Positions 48,992 to 58,296 of a DNA stretch of 64,000 nucleotides are shown here, in pieces. Location of the stretch: contig CAYVNP010000013.1 in NCBI GenBank assembly GCA_964452905.1, forward strand, positions 7,374 through 71,373, read 5' to 3'. The stretch's first letter is position 1, and the number at the start of each line of letters is the position of its first letter. Source of the stretch: an uncultured Bacteroidales bacterium. GTDB taxonomy: Bacteria; Bacteroidota; Bacteroidia; Bacteroidales; CAYVNP01. The position numbers and the translations under genes were made by a program. The notes below the pieces were generated by a model. That model was not told where the DNA came from, ran no database searches, and worked only from the letters and a program-made list of their open reading frames with translations.

Positions 48992-50215
48992 ATGGCCACA
49001 TCAAAAAAACCTGTCAAATCAAAATCACCGGCTAAAAAAGCATCCGTTAAAAAAATTGCTAAACCGGTAAAAACTAAATCCAATTCTGTGGCTTTGAAAA
49101 AACCTGTTTCTAAAAAGAAACCTGATTTAAAAAAACAAGTACCTGTTAAAAAAACGGTTGTTGCTAAAAAGCCGGTTGTTGTTAAAAAGACAACCAAACA
49201 GGTCACAAAATCAGAAAAATCAAATATAAAAACTCCAAGTAAACTTAAGCCGGTTGTTAACAAAAAAACCGCCATACATAAAACAATAAATAAACTTAAT
49301 CAACAACATTTATTAAAAAAGAAAACTGAAAAAGGAAAAAAAATTATGAGTGAGAATATCAAAGAAGTTGAAAAATCAAAAGAAAAGAAAAAAGAACCGA
49401 TTGAAATTGGTCTGGAATTGGATAAAGTAAAAATTCCCGATATGTTTAAAGGTGATGATGCGGATGATGCCATGCAATATACTGTTGAAAAAAAACTGAT
49501 TGCGCTTTACAGTTTACAACAAATCGATTCTCAGATTGATAAGATTAAAATAGTCAGAGGGGAACTCCCACTTGAGGTGCAGGACATGGAAGACAGTTTT
49601 GTCGGACTGGAAACACGCATTGAAAACTATCAGCAAGAGATTGCAAATCTTGAAAAAGAAATACTCAGCAAACAAAACGCAATTAAAGACTCCAATACGT
49701 TAATTAAAAAATATAAAGACCAAAAAAATAATGTTCGTAATAACCGTGAATTCAATTCTCTGACCAATGAAATTGAATTTCAAACATTGGATATCCAGTT
49801 ATCTGAAAAGAAAATTGCTGAATTCAAACTGTTACTTGATGCTAAAAAAGAAGCTATTAAAATTGCAAACAGTGAGTTGAAGGAATTAAAAAATGATTTA
49901 ACGATCAAGAAAAACGAACTAAATGAAATTACATCCGAAACGGAAAAAGAAGAAACGGATCTGAATAAAAAATCCATACAGAATCAAAAATATATTGAAG
50001 AACGTTTGCTTAGCGCTTACAAACGTATCCGTTCTAATGCCAATAATGGTCTGGCTGTTGTTAAGGTCGAACGGGATGCCTGTGGCGGTTGTTTCAATAA
50101 AATTCCACCTCAACGACAACTCGATATTCAAATACATAAAAAAATAATTGTATGTGAATACTGTGGTCGCATTCTGGTTGATGACGAAATTGCCAATGCA
50201 GTAAAAATAAAATAA
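48992..50215 (+). CDS. COG1579-type coiled-coil/zinc-ribbon protein with a 118-aa lysine-rich histone-H1-like N-terminal extension
   Basis: The C-terminal CGGCFNKIPPQ...VCEYCGRILV ribbon preceded by a long coiled coil is the usual Nif3 neighbour. The N-terminus is a KKPV/KKxV repeat tract. An alternative internal start (ATG 49346, MSENIKE) would remove the extension. Confidence 0.8.
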   Translation: MATSKKPVKSKSPAKKASVKKIAKPVKTKSNSVALKKPVSKKKPDLKKQVPVKKTVVAKKPVVVKKTTKQVTKSEKSNIKTPSKLKPVVNKKTAIHKTINKLNQQHLLKKKTEKGKKIMSENIKEVEKSKEKKKEPIEIGLELDKVKIPDMFKGDDADDAMQYTVEKKLIALYSLQQIDSQIDKIKIVRGELPLEVQDMEDSFVGLETRIENYQQEIANLEKEILSKQNAIKDSNTLIKKYKDQKNNVRNNREFNSLTNEIEFQTLDIQLSEKKIAEFKLLLDAKKEAIKIANSELKELKNDLTIKKNELNEITSETEKEETDLNKKSIQNQKYIEERLLSAYKRIRSNANNGLAVVKVERDACGGCFNKIPPQRQLDIQIHKKIIVCEYCGRILVDDEIANAVKIK

Positions 50216-50232
50216 AGTTTTTTGACTATTTC

Positions 50233-50268
50233 AAAGGAGTTGCTTCACAGGCGCTCCTTTTTTTTTAA
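50233..50268 (+). terminator. Probable rho-independent terminator
   Basis: AAAGGAG ... CTCCTTT stem (with additional GC pairs inside) followed by a run of 9 T. Confidence 0.55.
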
Positions 50269-50291
50269 CATTATCTCTGTAAAACGTTTAG

Positions 50292-51794
50292 ATGAAAAAT
50301 ATTCTTTTCATATTTATTTTTATACTCATCCATTTATTCTCTTTTGGCTATTATGATTTTAATTCTTCATGCAAAAAAGCATTCATTGAAATCATGAATC
50401 TACGGTTTGACAATGGCAGACAACTGATTGAAACCGAAAAAAAAATCCGACCAGCAAACGATATACCTTATTTTATTGAAAATTATATTGACTTCCTGAC
50501 TATCATGATCGGCGAGGAAGAAGATGTTTATTTGAAATTACTAAACGAAAAATCCAAACGAATTCAACGACTTGAGAGGGGAGAAAAAAATTCCCCTTAC
50601 TATAAATATTGTCTTGCCGAGCTTGAGTTGCAATGGGCTTTTTGCAGAATTAAATTCAATGACTACCTCACGGCTGCTTATGAAATCAATAAAGCATACC
50701 GTTTATTATCCAAAAATCAAGAAGAGTATTCATGGTTTATCTTGAATTTGAAGGGACTTGGAGTTATTCATTCTTTATCAGAATCGGTTCCTCCGGGTTA
50801 TAAATGGATTATCAATGTTGCCGGAATGGAAAGCGCAACCGGACAAGGCGCTAATGAACTTAATAAAATCTGTTTAGTTACCATAAACAATCCCTCTTAT
50901 CATTATTTGAAATTGGAATGTGCTTACTTGTATTCTTCTATTCAATGGATACAATCAGATAATAAAAATGAACTTAAAACATTATTAAAACAATTGGAAC
51001 AAATATCAACGGATACAAGTTTTTCCCGATCTCCTTTATTAACCTTTTGTAAAATAAAAACAGCATATATCACTCATGATGGTGACCTCGCCGAAAAATT
51101 TACTTTGATGCGCCAAACAGGTAAAGACTATTTTCCGTTTTATTATCTTGATTATTTAACCGGACTGATTCGACTGGATCGGCTTGATAACAATGCGTGT
51201 AACAACTTCACCTATTTTATTTCTAATTATAAAGGGAAAAATTTTATTCGTTCTGCTTATCAGAAACTTGCCTGGTGCTATCTTATTCAAAACGATTTTT
51301 CAAATTACAAAAAAAATATTTTGAATGTAAAAAAATATGGACATTCAAATGCTGACGATGATCAACAAGCCGAAGTGGAAGCAACCGGACAAACCATCCC
51401 CAACATTGCCCTCTTAAAAGCACGTTTGCTCTGCGACGGTGGCTATTTCCAAGAGGCATTGAAGAGTATTAAACATCCGAATACAATTAAATCCTTGCGG
51501 GATAAAAAAGATTCGTTGGAATACTTCTATCGAACCGGAAGAATACTGCATGAATCTGGTAAACTACAACAATGTATTCCGAACTACCAGAAAACACTGG
51601 AAATTGGAGCAAATGAAAAATATTATTTTGCTGCAAACGCTGCCCTGCAGCTTGGACTGATTTATGAAAAAAACGGGAATACATCTCTTGCTTCAAACTA
51701 TTACACTAAAGTTTTTACATTAAAAAATACGGAATATAAAAACAGTATTGAACAAAAAGCTAAAGCCGGCTTAAAAAGATTAAAAAAGAAATAA
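50292..51794 (+). CDS. Hypothetical helical-repeat (TPR-like) protein
   Basis: 500 aa, N-terminal hydrophobic segment, all-helical composition with TPR-like A..Y/L periodicity near the C-terminus. I cannot make a family-level call. Confidence 0.6.
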   Translation: MKNILFIFIFILIHLFSFGYYDFNSSCKKAFIEIMNLRFDNGRQLIETEKKIRPANDIPYFIENYIDFLTIMIGEEEDVYLKLLNEKSKRIQRLERGEKNSPYYKYCLAELELQWAFCRIKFNDYLTAAYEINKAYRLLSKNQEEYSWFILNLKGLGVIHSLSESVPPGYKWIINVAGMESATGQGANELNKICLVTINNPSYHYLKLECAYLYSSIQWIQSDNKNELKTLLKQLEQISTDTSFSRSPLLTFCKIKTAYITHDGDLAEKFTLMRQTGKDYFPFYYLDYLTGLIRLDRLDNNACNNFTYFISNYKGKNFIRSAYQKLAWCYLIQNDFSNYKKNILNVKKYGHSNADDDQQAEVEATGQTIPNIALLKARLLCDGGYFQEALKSIKHPNTIKSLRDKKDSLEYFYRTGRILHESGKLQQCIPNYQKTLEIGANEKYYFAANAALQLGLIYEKNGNTSLASNYYTKVFTLKNTEYKNSIEQKAKAGLKRLKKK

Positions 51795-51891
51795 TCATTG
51801 ATTTATTTATAATTTATTTCAATTTTCGCATTTAATTTTTTTTCCTTTTTATATGTCAAAATAAACCATTTATGAATTTTTTATCAAGTCA

Positions 51892-51922
51892 TTGTGTAAT
51901 TAAAAAAAATCATGTAGGTTTG
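51892..51922 (+). promoter_or_regulatory. Candidate Bacteroidota sigma-A promoter for tRNA-Lys
   Basis: TAGGTTTG (51915-51922) fits the -7 consensus TAnnTTTG and ends 8 nt before the mature tRNA 5' end. ATTG/TTG at 51891-51894 lies 20 bp upstream, as a -33-like element. Confidence 0.45.
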
Positions 51923-51930
51923 CACTTTTA

Positions 51931-52006
51931 CTCTCTGTAGCTCAGTTGGTAGAGCAATTGACTCTTAATCAATGGGTCGCAGGTTCGAATCCTGCCAGGG
52001 AGACCA
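51931..52006 (+). tRNA. tRNA-Lys (anticodon CUU), CCA encoded
   Basis: Folded by hand. Acceptor CTCTCTG/CAGGGAG (one G-U pair), D arm GCTC-AGTTGGTA-GAGC, anticodon stem ATTGA/TCAAT with loop CTCTTAA (CTT at 51964-51966), variable loop GGGTC, T arm GCAGG-TTCGAAT-CCTGC, discriminator A, then CCA. Confidence 0.95.
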
Positions 52007-52037
52007 ATAAATCAATGGTGATTGAAGACACAAGCGA

Positions 52038-52102
52038 GTAAAAACAAAAACTCGTTTTTGTTTTTACAAAATGATGTGGATTTCATTTGCATAGCAAATG
52101 AA
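52038..52102. other. Two perfect hairpins between the tRNA and its 3'-end repeat
   Basis: The first is a 13-bp stem GTAAAAACAAAAA/TTTTTGTTTTTAC (52038-52050 / 52055-52067, loop CTCG). The second is a 9-bp stem TTCATTTGC/GCAAATGAA (52082-52090 / 52094-52102, loop ATA). Confidence 0.8.
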
Positions 52103-52143
52103 CCTTTGATTTTGACTTGGCGATTTCAAGGATCATTTCTAAT

Positions 52144-52160
52144 AATCCTGCCAGGGAGAC
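52144..52160 (+). repeat. 17-bp direct repeat of the tRNA-Lys 3' end (att-like)
   Basis: AATCCTGCCAGGGAGAC at 52144-52160 is identical to 51988-52004 (T-arm 3' strand plus acceptor 3' strand). Confidence 0.85.
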
Positions 52161-52165
52161 TTCAC

Positions 52166-52202
52166 AGACAGTTTAGAAAAATCTGAACTGTCTTTATTTT
52201 TT
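52166..52202 (+). terminator. Rho-independent terminator following the tRNA 3'-end repeat
   Basis: Perfect 8-bp stem AGACAGTT/AACTGTCT (52166-52173 / 52186-52193) followed by TTATTTTTT. Confidence 0.7.
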
Positions 52203-52630
52203 ATTGAAGGTGTTAGCCCAATGGTATTATTTGTTTTTAAAATCTTTTTGGGGTAATTGCATTTGATGTATAGATAACCCTAGCAATAGCAACTGACATA
52301 ACAAACATTGAAATTAAAATAAATTGTTTTTAATTTCTTTAATTTTTAATTTTCGCTACAAATGAAATCTTTTTTAAAGAATTCATTCTCGACAAAGTTG
52401 AATCCTCTATTCATTGAATAAATTATTAATTAAATAAAAGAGTTAAATCATTCACACATTATCAGTTTCAGGATAATCATATACAGATTTTTCACATACA
52501 ACTTTATTGAAATAAACATTTTACGAACATATTGGTATAAAACTTAATGCCGTTAAATGAATTTATTTTGAAAGTCTAAATACTTTTCTATAATGATAAC
52601 CATAAATTGAAAATGTAATTGCATCAACTA

Positions 52631-54043
52631 TTAAAGTAGGGCGTCTGAAATGGTCCATAGTAACAATTTCCAGTAGTCTGTTCTTCCCTTATTAAGAACT
52701 CCAATTATAAAAATTGATTTCATAAAAGCTTTTAATGTAACAATATTAATTTGGGAAGGCAAATTATTGTGGGGATTATAATTTAAAAGTAACTGACGAA
52801 TTCGTTTATAATATGGTTTTGTAGTATATATATCATGAATGATTTTTTTATATCCCAACACCAATTCATTAACATTCATCTTAGGAATAAAATTCATTGA
52901 AAAGTCGGTGTTATTGCCTGATGCTTCAATGGTCAGCCTGTTTTCTGCTTCAAGTCGTCTGTATAGTTTGGTGTTTTTAGGTGCATTCAATAAACCCACC
53001 ATGGCAGATACAATTCCGCTTTGCTGGATAAAATCAATTTGTCTTTGAAAAACAGTTGTCGTATCACTATCGAAACCTACAATAAATCCGGCTGAAACCT
53101 GTAATCCTGCTTGTTGGATTTTCTTAACACTTTCCAACATGTCTCTGTTTTTATTCTGACTTTTATTACACTCCTGTAAAGATTTTTCATCCGTTGTTTC
53201 AATTCCTATAAAAGTAGAGTTAAATCCTGCTTCAACCATTAATGACATAAGCTTTTCATCATCTGCAAGGTTTATGGATGTTTCTGTGTTAAAAACAAAT
53301 GGATATTTATGCCTTTTCATCCATGTTTTCATAGCAGGGAGAAGATTGTTTTTAATTTCATTTTTGTTTCCAATGAAATTATCATCAACGATAAGTATAG
53401 GTCCACGCCAATTCAGTTGATAAAGTGTTTCAAGTTCATGTATTATTTGAGAGGTAGCTTTCATTCGTACCTTGTGTCCTAAAAGGGAAGTAATTTCACA
53501 AAAATCGCATGAAAAGGGACATCCACGTGAAACCTGAATATTCATTAATGCGTAATCCTTTCTTGATAATAAATGAAAATCAGGAACAGGAGTCAAACGA
53601 ATATCAGCATATTCATCCGTTTTATATATTTTTTGAGGATGACCAGATTCTAAATCTTTCAAAAAGTGCGGGAAGGTAATTTCTGCTTCATTCAAAATCA
53701 AATGATCTATTTGCGGATAGTTGTTAAACTCCTGAGTAAAAAGAGGGCCACCAGCAACAATTTTAACTTTATGTTTAACACATTCTTCAATGATCTTGTT
53801 TACCGATTCCTTTTGGATGTACATGGCGCTGATAAAAACATAATCCGCCCAAAGGATATCATTTGTCCGAAGGGTAGATATATTCATATCTACCAATTTT
53901 TTTTTCCATGTTTTGGGTAGCATGGCAGATATGGTGATCAAACCAAGTGGAGGTACACCGGCTTTTTTAGAAATAAAACGTAAAGCATACTTGAAACTCC
54001 AGAATGAATCAGGGTATTGTGGATATATTAATAAAACTTTCAT
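52631..54043 (-). CDS. B12-binding-domain radical SAM protein (DUF4070-type C-terminus), apparently frameshifted near the 3' end
   Basis: MKVLLIYPQYPDSFWSF..PPLGLITISAMLP (B12-binding-like N-domain) and SRGCPFSCDFCEI (CxxxCxxC). The ORF stops at 52631, but the frame reached by adding one T continues as FRRPTLIVDAITFSIYGYHYRKVFRLSK* to 52563. Confidence 0.85.
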   Translation of the reverse strand: MKVLLIYPQYPDSFWSFKYALRFISKKAGVPPLGLITISAMLPKTWKKKLVDMNISTLRTNDILWADYVFISAMYIQKESVNKIIEECVKHKVKIVAGGPLFTQEFNNYPQIDHLILNEAEITFPHFLKDLESGHPQKIYKTDEYADIRLTPVPDFHLLSRKDYALMNIQVSRGCPFSCDFCEITSLLGHKVRMKATSQIIHELETLYQLNWRGPILIVDDNFIGNKNEIKNNLLPAMKTWMKRHKYPFVFNTETSINLADDEKLMSLMVEAGFNSTFIGIETTDEKSLQECNKSQNKNRDMLESVKKIQQAGLQVSAGFIVGFDSDTTTVFQRQIDFIQQSGIVSAMVGLLNAPKNTKLYRRLEAENRLTIEASGNNTDFSMNFIPKMNVNELVLGYKKIIHDIYTTKPYYKRIRQLLLNYNPHNNLPSQINIVTLKAFMKSIFIIGVLNKGRTDYWKLLLWTISDALL

Positions 54044-54370
54044 ATTTAATTTTTTAATAAATGATTCTAAATAAATTTATCGTTTGATAGACGACGGATA
54101 TTAAATAACTCCATTCATCCCCTTAACTGTTAAGCCAATCAATGGTAATCAACTTAGGTAATGTGGTTGTGTATGATGTTTAAACTTTTCCTATTAATCT
54201 ACTTTCTCTTTTAAATAAAAAGTAAAAACTATAAAAGTTCTTTATTTAAAACCATGAAGTACACTAATGACAGCAGCGTTTATCTTTATTATGCCTAAAT
54301 AATTACGATATAAAAATAAGAAAAGGTTGTAACGAAAGCGTTATATAATTTTTGATAAAAATTACATTAT

Positions 54371-54931
54371 TCACACATTTCCCAAAGCGCTTCGTCTTTT
54401 GTGTTTTAATTTTTTAAAGTGAGTAGGAGTAAGTCCTGTCATTTTTTTAAATTGGGTTGAAAGATGGGCTACGCTACTGTAATGGAGCTTATATGCAATT
54501 TCAGTAAGATTAAGTTCATCATATACCAGGAGTTCTTTTGCTTTTTCTATTTTATGTGACAGATAAAAATTTTCAATTGTAGTTCCTTTAACTTCTGAAA
54601 ACAGATTTGAAAGATATGTATAATCAAGATGGAGCTTATCGCTTAAGTAATCGGAAAGATTTGTTTTAATTTGTTCGTCTGTATAATGAACCAGTTCAAT
54701 AATAATTGTTTTTATATGTTCAACCAGAATACTTTTTTTATCATCCATCAATTCAAGACCACTCTTTTTGAGAGTACTATTTATATAACTCATCTGCTCT
54801 GGAGTAATATCCTCCAATATTTCAGCTTCACCCAAATCAACAGAAATATAATGCAATCCAAGTTCTTTCAAAACAGATTTAACTACCATTTTGCAACGAA
54901 TGCAAACCATATTTTTAATGAAGATTTTCAT
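54371..54931 (-). CDS. AraC-family transcriptional regulator with an N-terminal HMA-like (ferredoxin-fold) domain
   Basis: MKIFIKNMVCIRCKMVVKSVLKELG (HMA-like with CxxC) plus a C-terminal HTH_AraC (LNLTEIAYKLHYSSVAHLSTQFKKMTGLTP). Confidence 0.85.
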   Translation of the reverse strand: MKIFIKNMVCIRCKMVVKSVLKELGLHYISVDLGEAEILEDITPEQMSYINSTLKKSGLELMDDKKSILVEHIKTIIIELVHYTDEQIKTNLSDYLSDKLHLDYTYLSNLFSEVKGTTIENFYLSHKIEKAKELLVYDELNLTEIAYKLHYSSVAHLSTQFKKMTGLTPTHFKKLKHKRRSALGNV

Positions 54932-55104
54932 TTAAATTTAAACAAAAACATAAGCAACTCTGATCCTATCAAACAAATATACAAAATCTTGTCGGAGGAA
55001 AAAATTCATTAAAACATAAATATTCCTGATCAGACTGATTTAATTAAGTTCCTTAAATTTTTTCTATTTCATATTTTATTCTGTAATTTTGAAAATACAG
55101 CACT

Positions 55105-55746
55105 TCAACAAATAAACTCAAAATTTCCATTAGGAATTATACCGATGTTCGCTTCATTAAACTGTTTTACCGTTTCCGACCAAGCTGTTTCTTTTTTTAC
55201 AAAACCAGTCTGTCTCTTCTCTATCACCAATTCATCAAGATAAGCAATGGTGTGGTCAAAGGTATTTTTGCAAACTAATTTTATTTTTTTGGTTCCTACA
55301 GGAAGTTTAATTTCGTTTTCAAATTCTGTCCAGTTTGAATTTTTATCAGTAAATTCAATACTTCCACCTGGTATTGCAGTAAATATTTTTTTTGATTTAT
55401 CATTTTGAGCTTCAATGTAAAGTGTGATTGATTTATTTTTTTCATTTTTTCGATCCTTTCCGATGATATGAATCCAGCCCTTAAGTACAATCTCATTTAC
55501 ATGAAATGGAAGGTCAAGTATATATGAAGCTCTTCCGTTACCGGAAATTTCCAATGCCTGTTGTCCTTTGTATGATTGGGTATTAACCGGAACTGCATTC
55601 TTTAATGTCCAGGAAGAATCTGTCATATTCTCAAATCCATCATTCATAAGAATATAGTTTTGAGCAAACAAGTCAACTGAAAAAAAGAATACAACTGTAA
55701 TTAAAGATATGATTAAATGAAGAGAATAGATTTTTATTTTATTCAT
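55105..55746 (-). CDS. Secreted hypothetical protein, jelly-roll/CBM-like
   Basis: Signal anchor followed by NDGFENM..SSWTL......YKGQQALEISG, reminiscent of CBM4/9-type sugar-binding folds. The call is weak. Confidence 0.5.
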   Translation of the reverse strand: MNKIKIYSLHLIISLITVVFFFSVDLFAQNYILMNDGFENMTDSSWTLKNAVPVNTQSYKGQQALEISGNGRASYILDLPFHVNEIVLKGWIHIIGKDRKNEKNKSITLYIEAQNDKSKKIFTAIPGGSIEFTDKNSNWTEFENEIKLPVGTKKIKLVCKNTFDHTIAYLDELVIEKRQTGFVKKETAWSETVKQFNEANIGIIPNGNFEFIC

Positions 55747-56099
55747 ATTTTAAAGAACAATTATATCGTGATTTTAAACTTCTAAACAAAGATAAAAATT
55801 ATCATGAAACGAAAAAATATTATTCTTTTGGTTAGTCAACATTACTAACGGGTCATTACTTAAACCTTTTTAATTTATATCTCAAACTATTTATGCATGC
55901 AAGAATTTTCAATACATACTAAAACGAGAATGAATGCAAAAAATATTCATTTAACAAATTACTTAGTAAATTCATTTCAAATTTGTTTTGACTTTCTTAT
56001 TATTCTTTTTGTATTGCGTATTTATATGAAATTCACTTATGAAATTCTTTTATTTTAAAATAAATATCATCTTTGCAATATAATTATTAATCCAACTAT

Positions 56100-58280
56100 A
56101 TGAAATTTATTCACACCCTGTTATATCTATCAATTTTTAATATAAGTTTTTCACAAACTGTTTCAAAATTTATAGTTGTTGATCAGTTTGGATATATGCC
56201 TTACATGAAAAAAGTGGCTGTAATGCGTTCACCTCAGACCGGTTATGATTCATTGGAAACATTTACACCAGGATCAAATTATGCTGTTGTTAATTCAGCA
56301 AATGGTATGCAGGTTTTCACTGCGTCTCCTGCTCTTTTTAATTCCGGGCAAACCGATCCGTCATCCGGTGATAAAGTATGGTGGTTTGATTTTTCTTCTG
56401 TTACTACACCCGGGTCATATTTTATTTTAGATATTACCAATAATTTAAAATCATATAATTTTATTATTTCGGATACGGTTTATAAAAATGTATTAAAAGC
56501 AGCAGTCCGAATGTTTTTTTATCAGCGATTCGGTTGCGCAAAAGAAGCGAAGTATGCCGGTGTCGGTTGGGCTGATGGCGCCAGTCATATTGGACCGTTG
56601 CAAGACAAGAATTGCAGAGTATATAATGATAAAAACAATCCGGCAACAGAACATGATCTCAGCGGTGGCTGGTATGATGCAGGCGATCTGAATAAATATA
56701 CAGCATGGACCACAAGCTATGTTATTGGCTTACTGCGTTCATATCAAGAATTTCCAAATGTATTCACTGATGATAATAATATCCCTGAATCGGGCAATGG
56801 AATACCTGATCTTTTGGATGAAATTAAATGGGGTATGGACTGGCTGTTGCGCATGCAATTACTTGATGGATCATGTTTAAGTGTTGTGGGTGGTGCTCCC
56901 AAAAGTCCACCTTCGCTTGCAACCGGTCAAAGCTTATATGGCTTACCCAGCACCAATGCAACGATGAGTTGTGCTGCTGCATTTGCTCTTGGCGCTAAAA
57001 TTTACAGGTCAACAGGGAATTCTGCATTGCAAATATATGCAGATACTTTACAAGCAAGAGCATTTAAAGCATGGAACTGGGCAATAGCTAATCCTTCTAT
57101 TCTGTTTCATAGCAACAATGCTGCTAATGGCAGCAGTGGCATATTACCCGGCGATCAGGAAACGGATTCATTAGGTCGTTTAGTATGCAAAATTTCTGCT
57201 GCAGTTTATTTGTTTGATCTAACAGGAGATGTAAAATACAGAAGTATTTTTGATGCCAATTTCAAAGGACTTCCATTATTTACCTGGTACTATTTTGTAG
57301 ATCAATACCGGGCTTCACAACAAGATATTTTACTTTATTATACATCAATACCTAATGCGACAAATACCAATTGTCTGATGATCAAAAACTATTTAACAAC
57401 AGGATTTAAAAAAACCGGTGATTATATTTCAATGATTGATACAGATCCGTATCGTGCATTTATCAAGGATTACAACTGGGGTTCGAATGCATATAAAAGT
57501 ACTTATTCATTTACTTTTTACAATATTCAAAAGTACAATCTTGATCCTGTCAATAATCAAAAATATTTGGATGCAGCTACGGATTATGTTCATTATATTC
57601 ATGGTATCAATCCGTTCAATATGGTTTATTTGACCAATATGAGCAGCTATGGAGCAGAGTCCAGCGCCACCACGATGTATCATTCATGGTTTTGCGATGG
57701 TAGCGCTAAATGGGATCAGGTTGGCAAATCACTCTATGGTCCTGCTCCGGGTTATATTACAGGTGGTCCAAATCAATATTATAAATGGGCTGATTGTTGT
57801 CCTTCATCCTGTGGAAGCATAGCAAATAATAAATTATGCACCTCTGAATCCTTACTTCCTCCTTTGAACCAGCCACAACAAAAATCGTATAAAGATTTTA
57901 ATACCAGCTGGCCATTGGATTCATGGGAGATCACAGAACCAAGTTGCGGGTATCAAACAGATTATATCCGCATGTTGTCCATGGTGATCGGCTCACAATC
58001 CTTGATCACAAAGGTTGCAGAAAATTCCAAATTTAATAGGGATTATGATTTTATATTGTTTCCTAATCCGGCTTCAGATCAACTGACTATTCAGGAAAGT
58101 TGGACTCAGGACAGAGAAATAAAAACTGTTACCTTAACGAATACTCTTGGTCAAATTGTTTTTACAAAACAAATACATTTATCCAATAATTCTTTTACCC
58201 TTGATATGTCTGATATTCCGGAAGGAGTATATTTCGTTACAATAAAAAACAGCACCAAAAAGATTTTGATAATTAAATAA
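56100..58280 (+). CDS. Glycoside hydrolase family 9 endoglucanase with an N-terminal Ig-like (CelD_N) domain and a T9SS type-A CTD
   Basis: IVVDQFGYMPYMKKVAV (Ig-like N-domain), DLSGGWYDAGDLNKY (GH9 catalytic Asp pair), DYVHYIHGINPFNMVYLT, ITGGPNQYY, WEITEPSCGYQ. C-terminal LFPNPASDQLTIQ...GVYFVTIKN...KILIIK. Confidence 0.9.
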   Translation: MKFIHTLLYLSIFNISFSQTVSKFIVVDQFGYMPYMKKVAVMRSPQTGYDSLETFTPGSNYAVVNSANGMQVFTASPALFNSGQTDPSSGDKVWWFDFSSVTTPGSYFILDITNNLKSYNFIISDTVYKNVLKAAVRMFFYQRFGCAKEAKYAGVGWADGASHIGPLQDKNCRVYNDKNNPATEHDLSGGWYDAGDLNKYTAWTTSYVIGLLRSYQEFPNVFTDDNNIPESGNGIPDLLDEIKWGMDWLLRMQLLDGSCLSVVGGAPKSPPSLATGQSLYGLPSTNATMSCAAAFALGAKIYRSTGNSALQIYADTLQARAFKAWNWAIANPSILFHSNNAANGSSGILPGDQETDSLGRLVCKISAAVYLFDLTGDVKYRSIFDANFKGLPLFTWYYFVDQYRASQQDILLYYTSIPNATNTNCLMIKNYLTTGFKKTGDYISMIDTDPYRAFIKDYNWGSNAYKSTYSFTFYNIQKYNLDPVNNQKYLDAATDYVHYIHGINPFNMVYLTNMSSYGAESSATTMYHSWFCDGSAKWDQVGKSLYGPAPGYITGGPNQYYKWADCCPSSCGSIANNKLCTSESLLPPLNQPQQKSYKDFNTSWPLDSWEITEPSCGYQTDYIRMLSMVIGSQSLITKVAENSKFNRDYDFILFPNPASDQLTIQESWTQDREIKTVTLTNTLGQIVFTKQIHLSNNSFTLDMSDIPEGVYFVTIKNSTKKILIIK

Positions 58281-58296
58281 AAATTGGTGATTCAGA

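Noticed and set aside
48958-49275. 105-aa hydrophobic ORF antisense to the Lys-rich tract
   Set aside because: It is a mirror artefact. AAA/AAG Lys codons read as TTT/CTT on the other strand, giving a spurious Phe/Leu-rich membrane-like protein.
54044-54370. Search for a short RiPP precursor ORF next to the radical SAM gene (also 52200-52560)
   Set aside because: Only trivially short ORFs were found (for example a 14-codon MKYTNDSSVYLYYA). They lack a ribosome-binding context or a Cys/Gly-rich core, so nothing is supportable.
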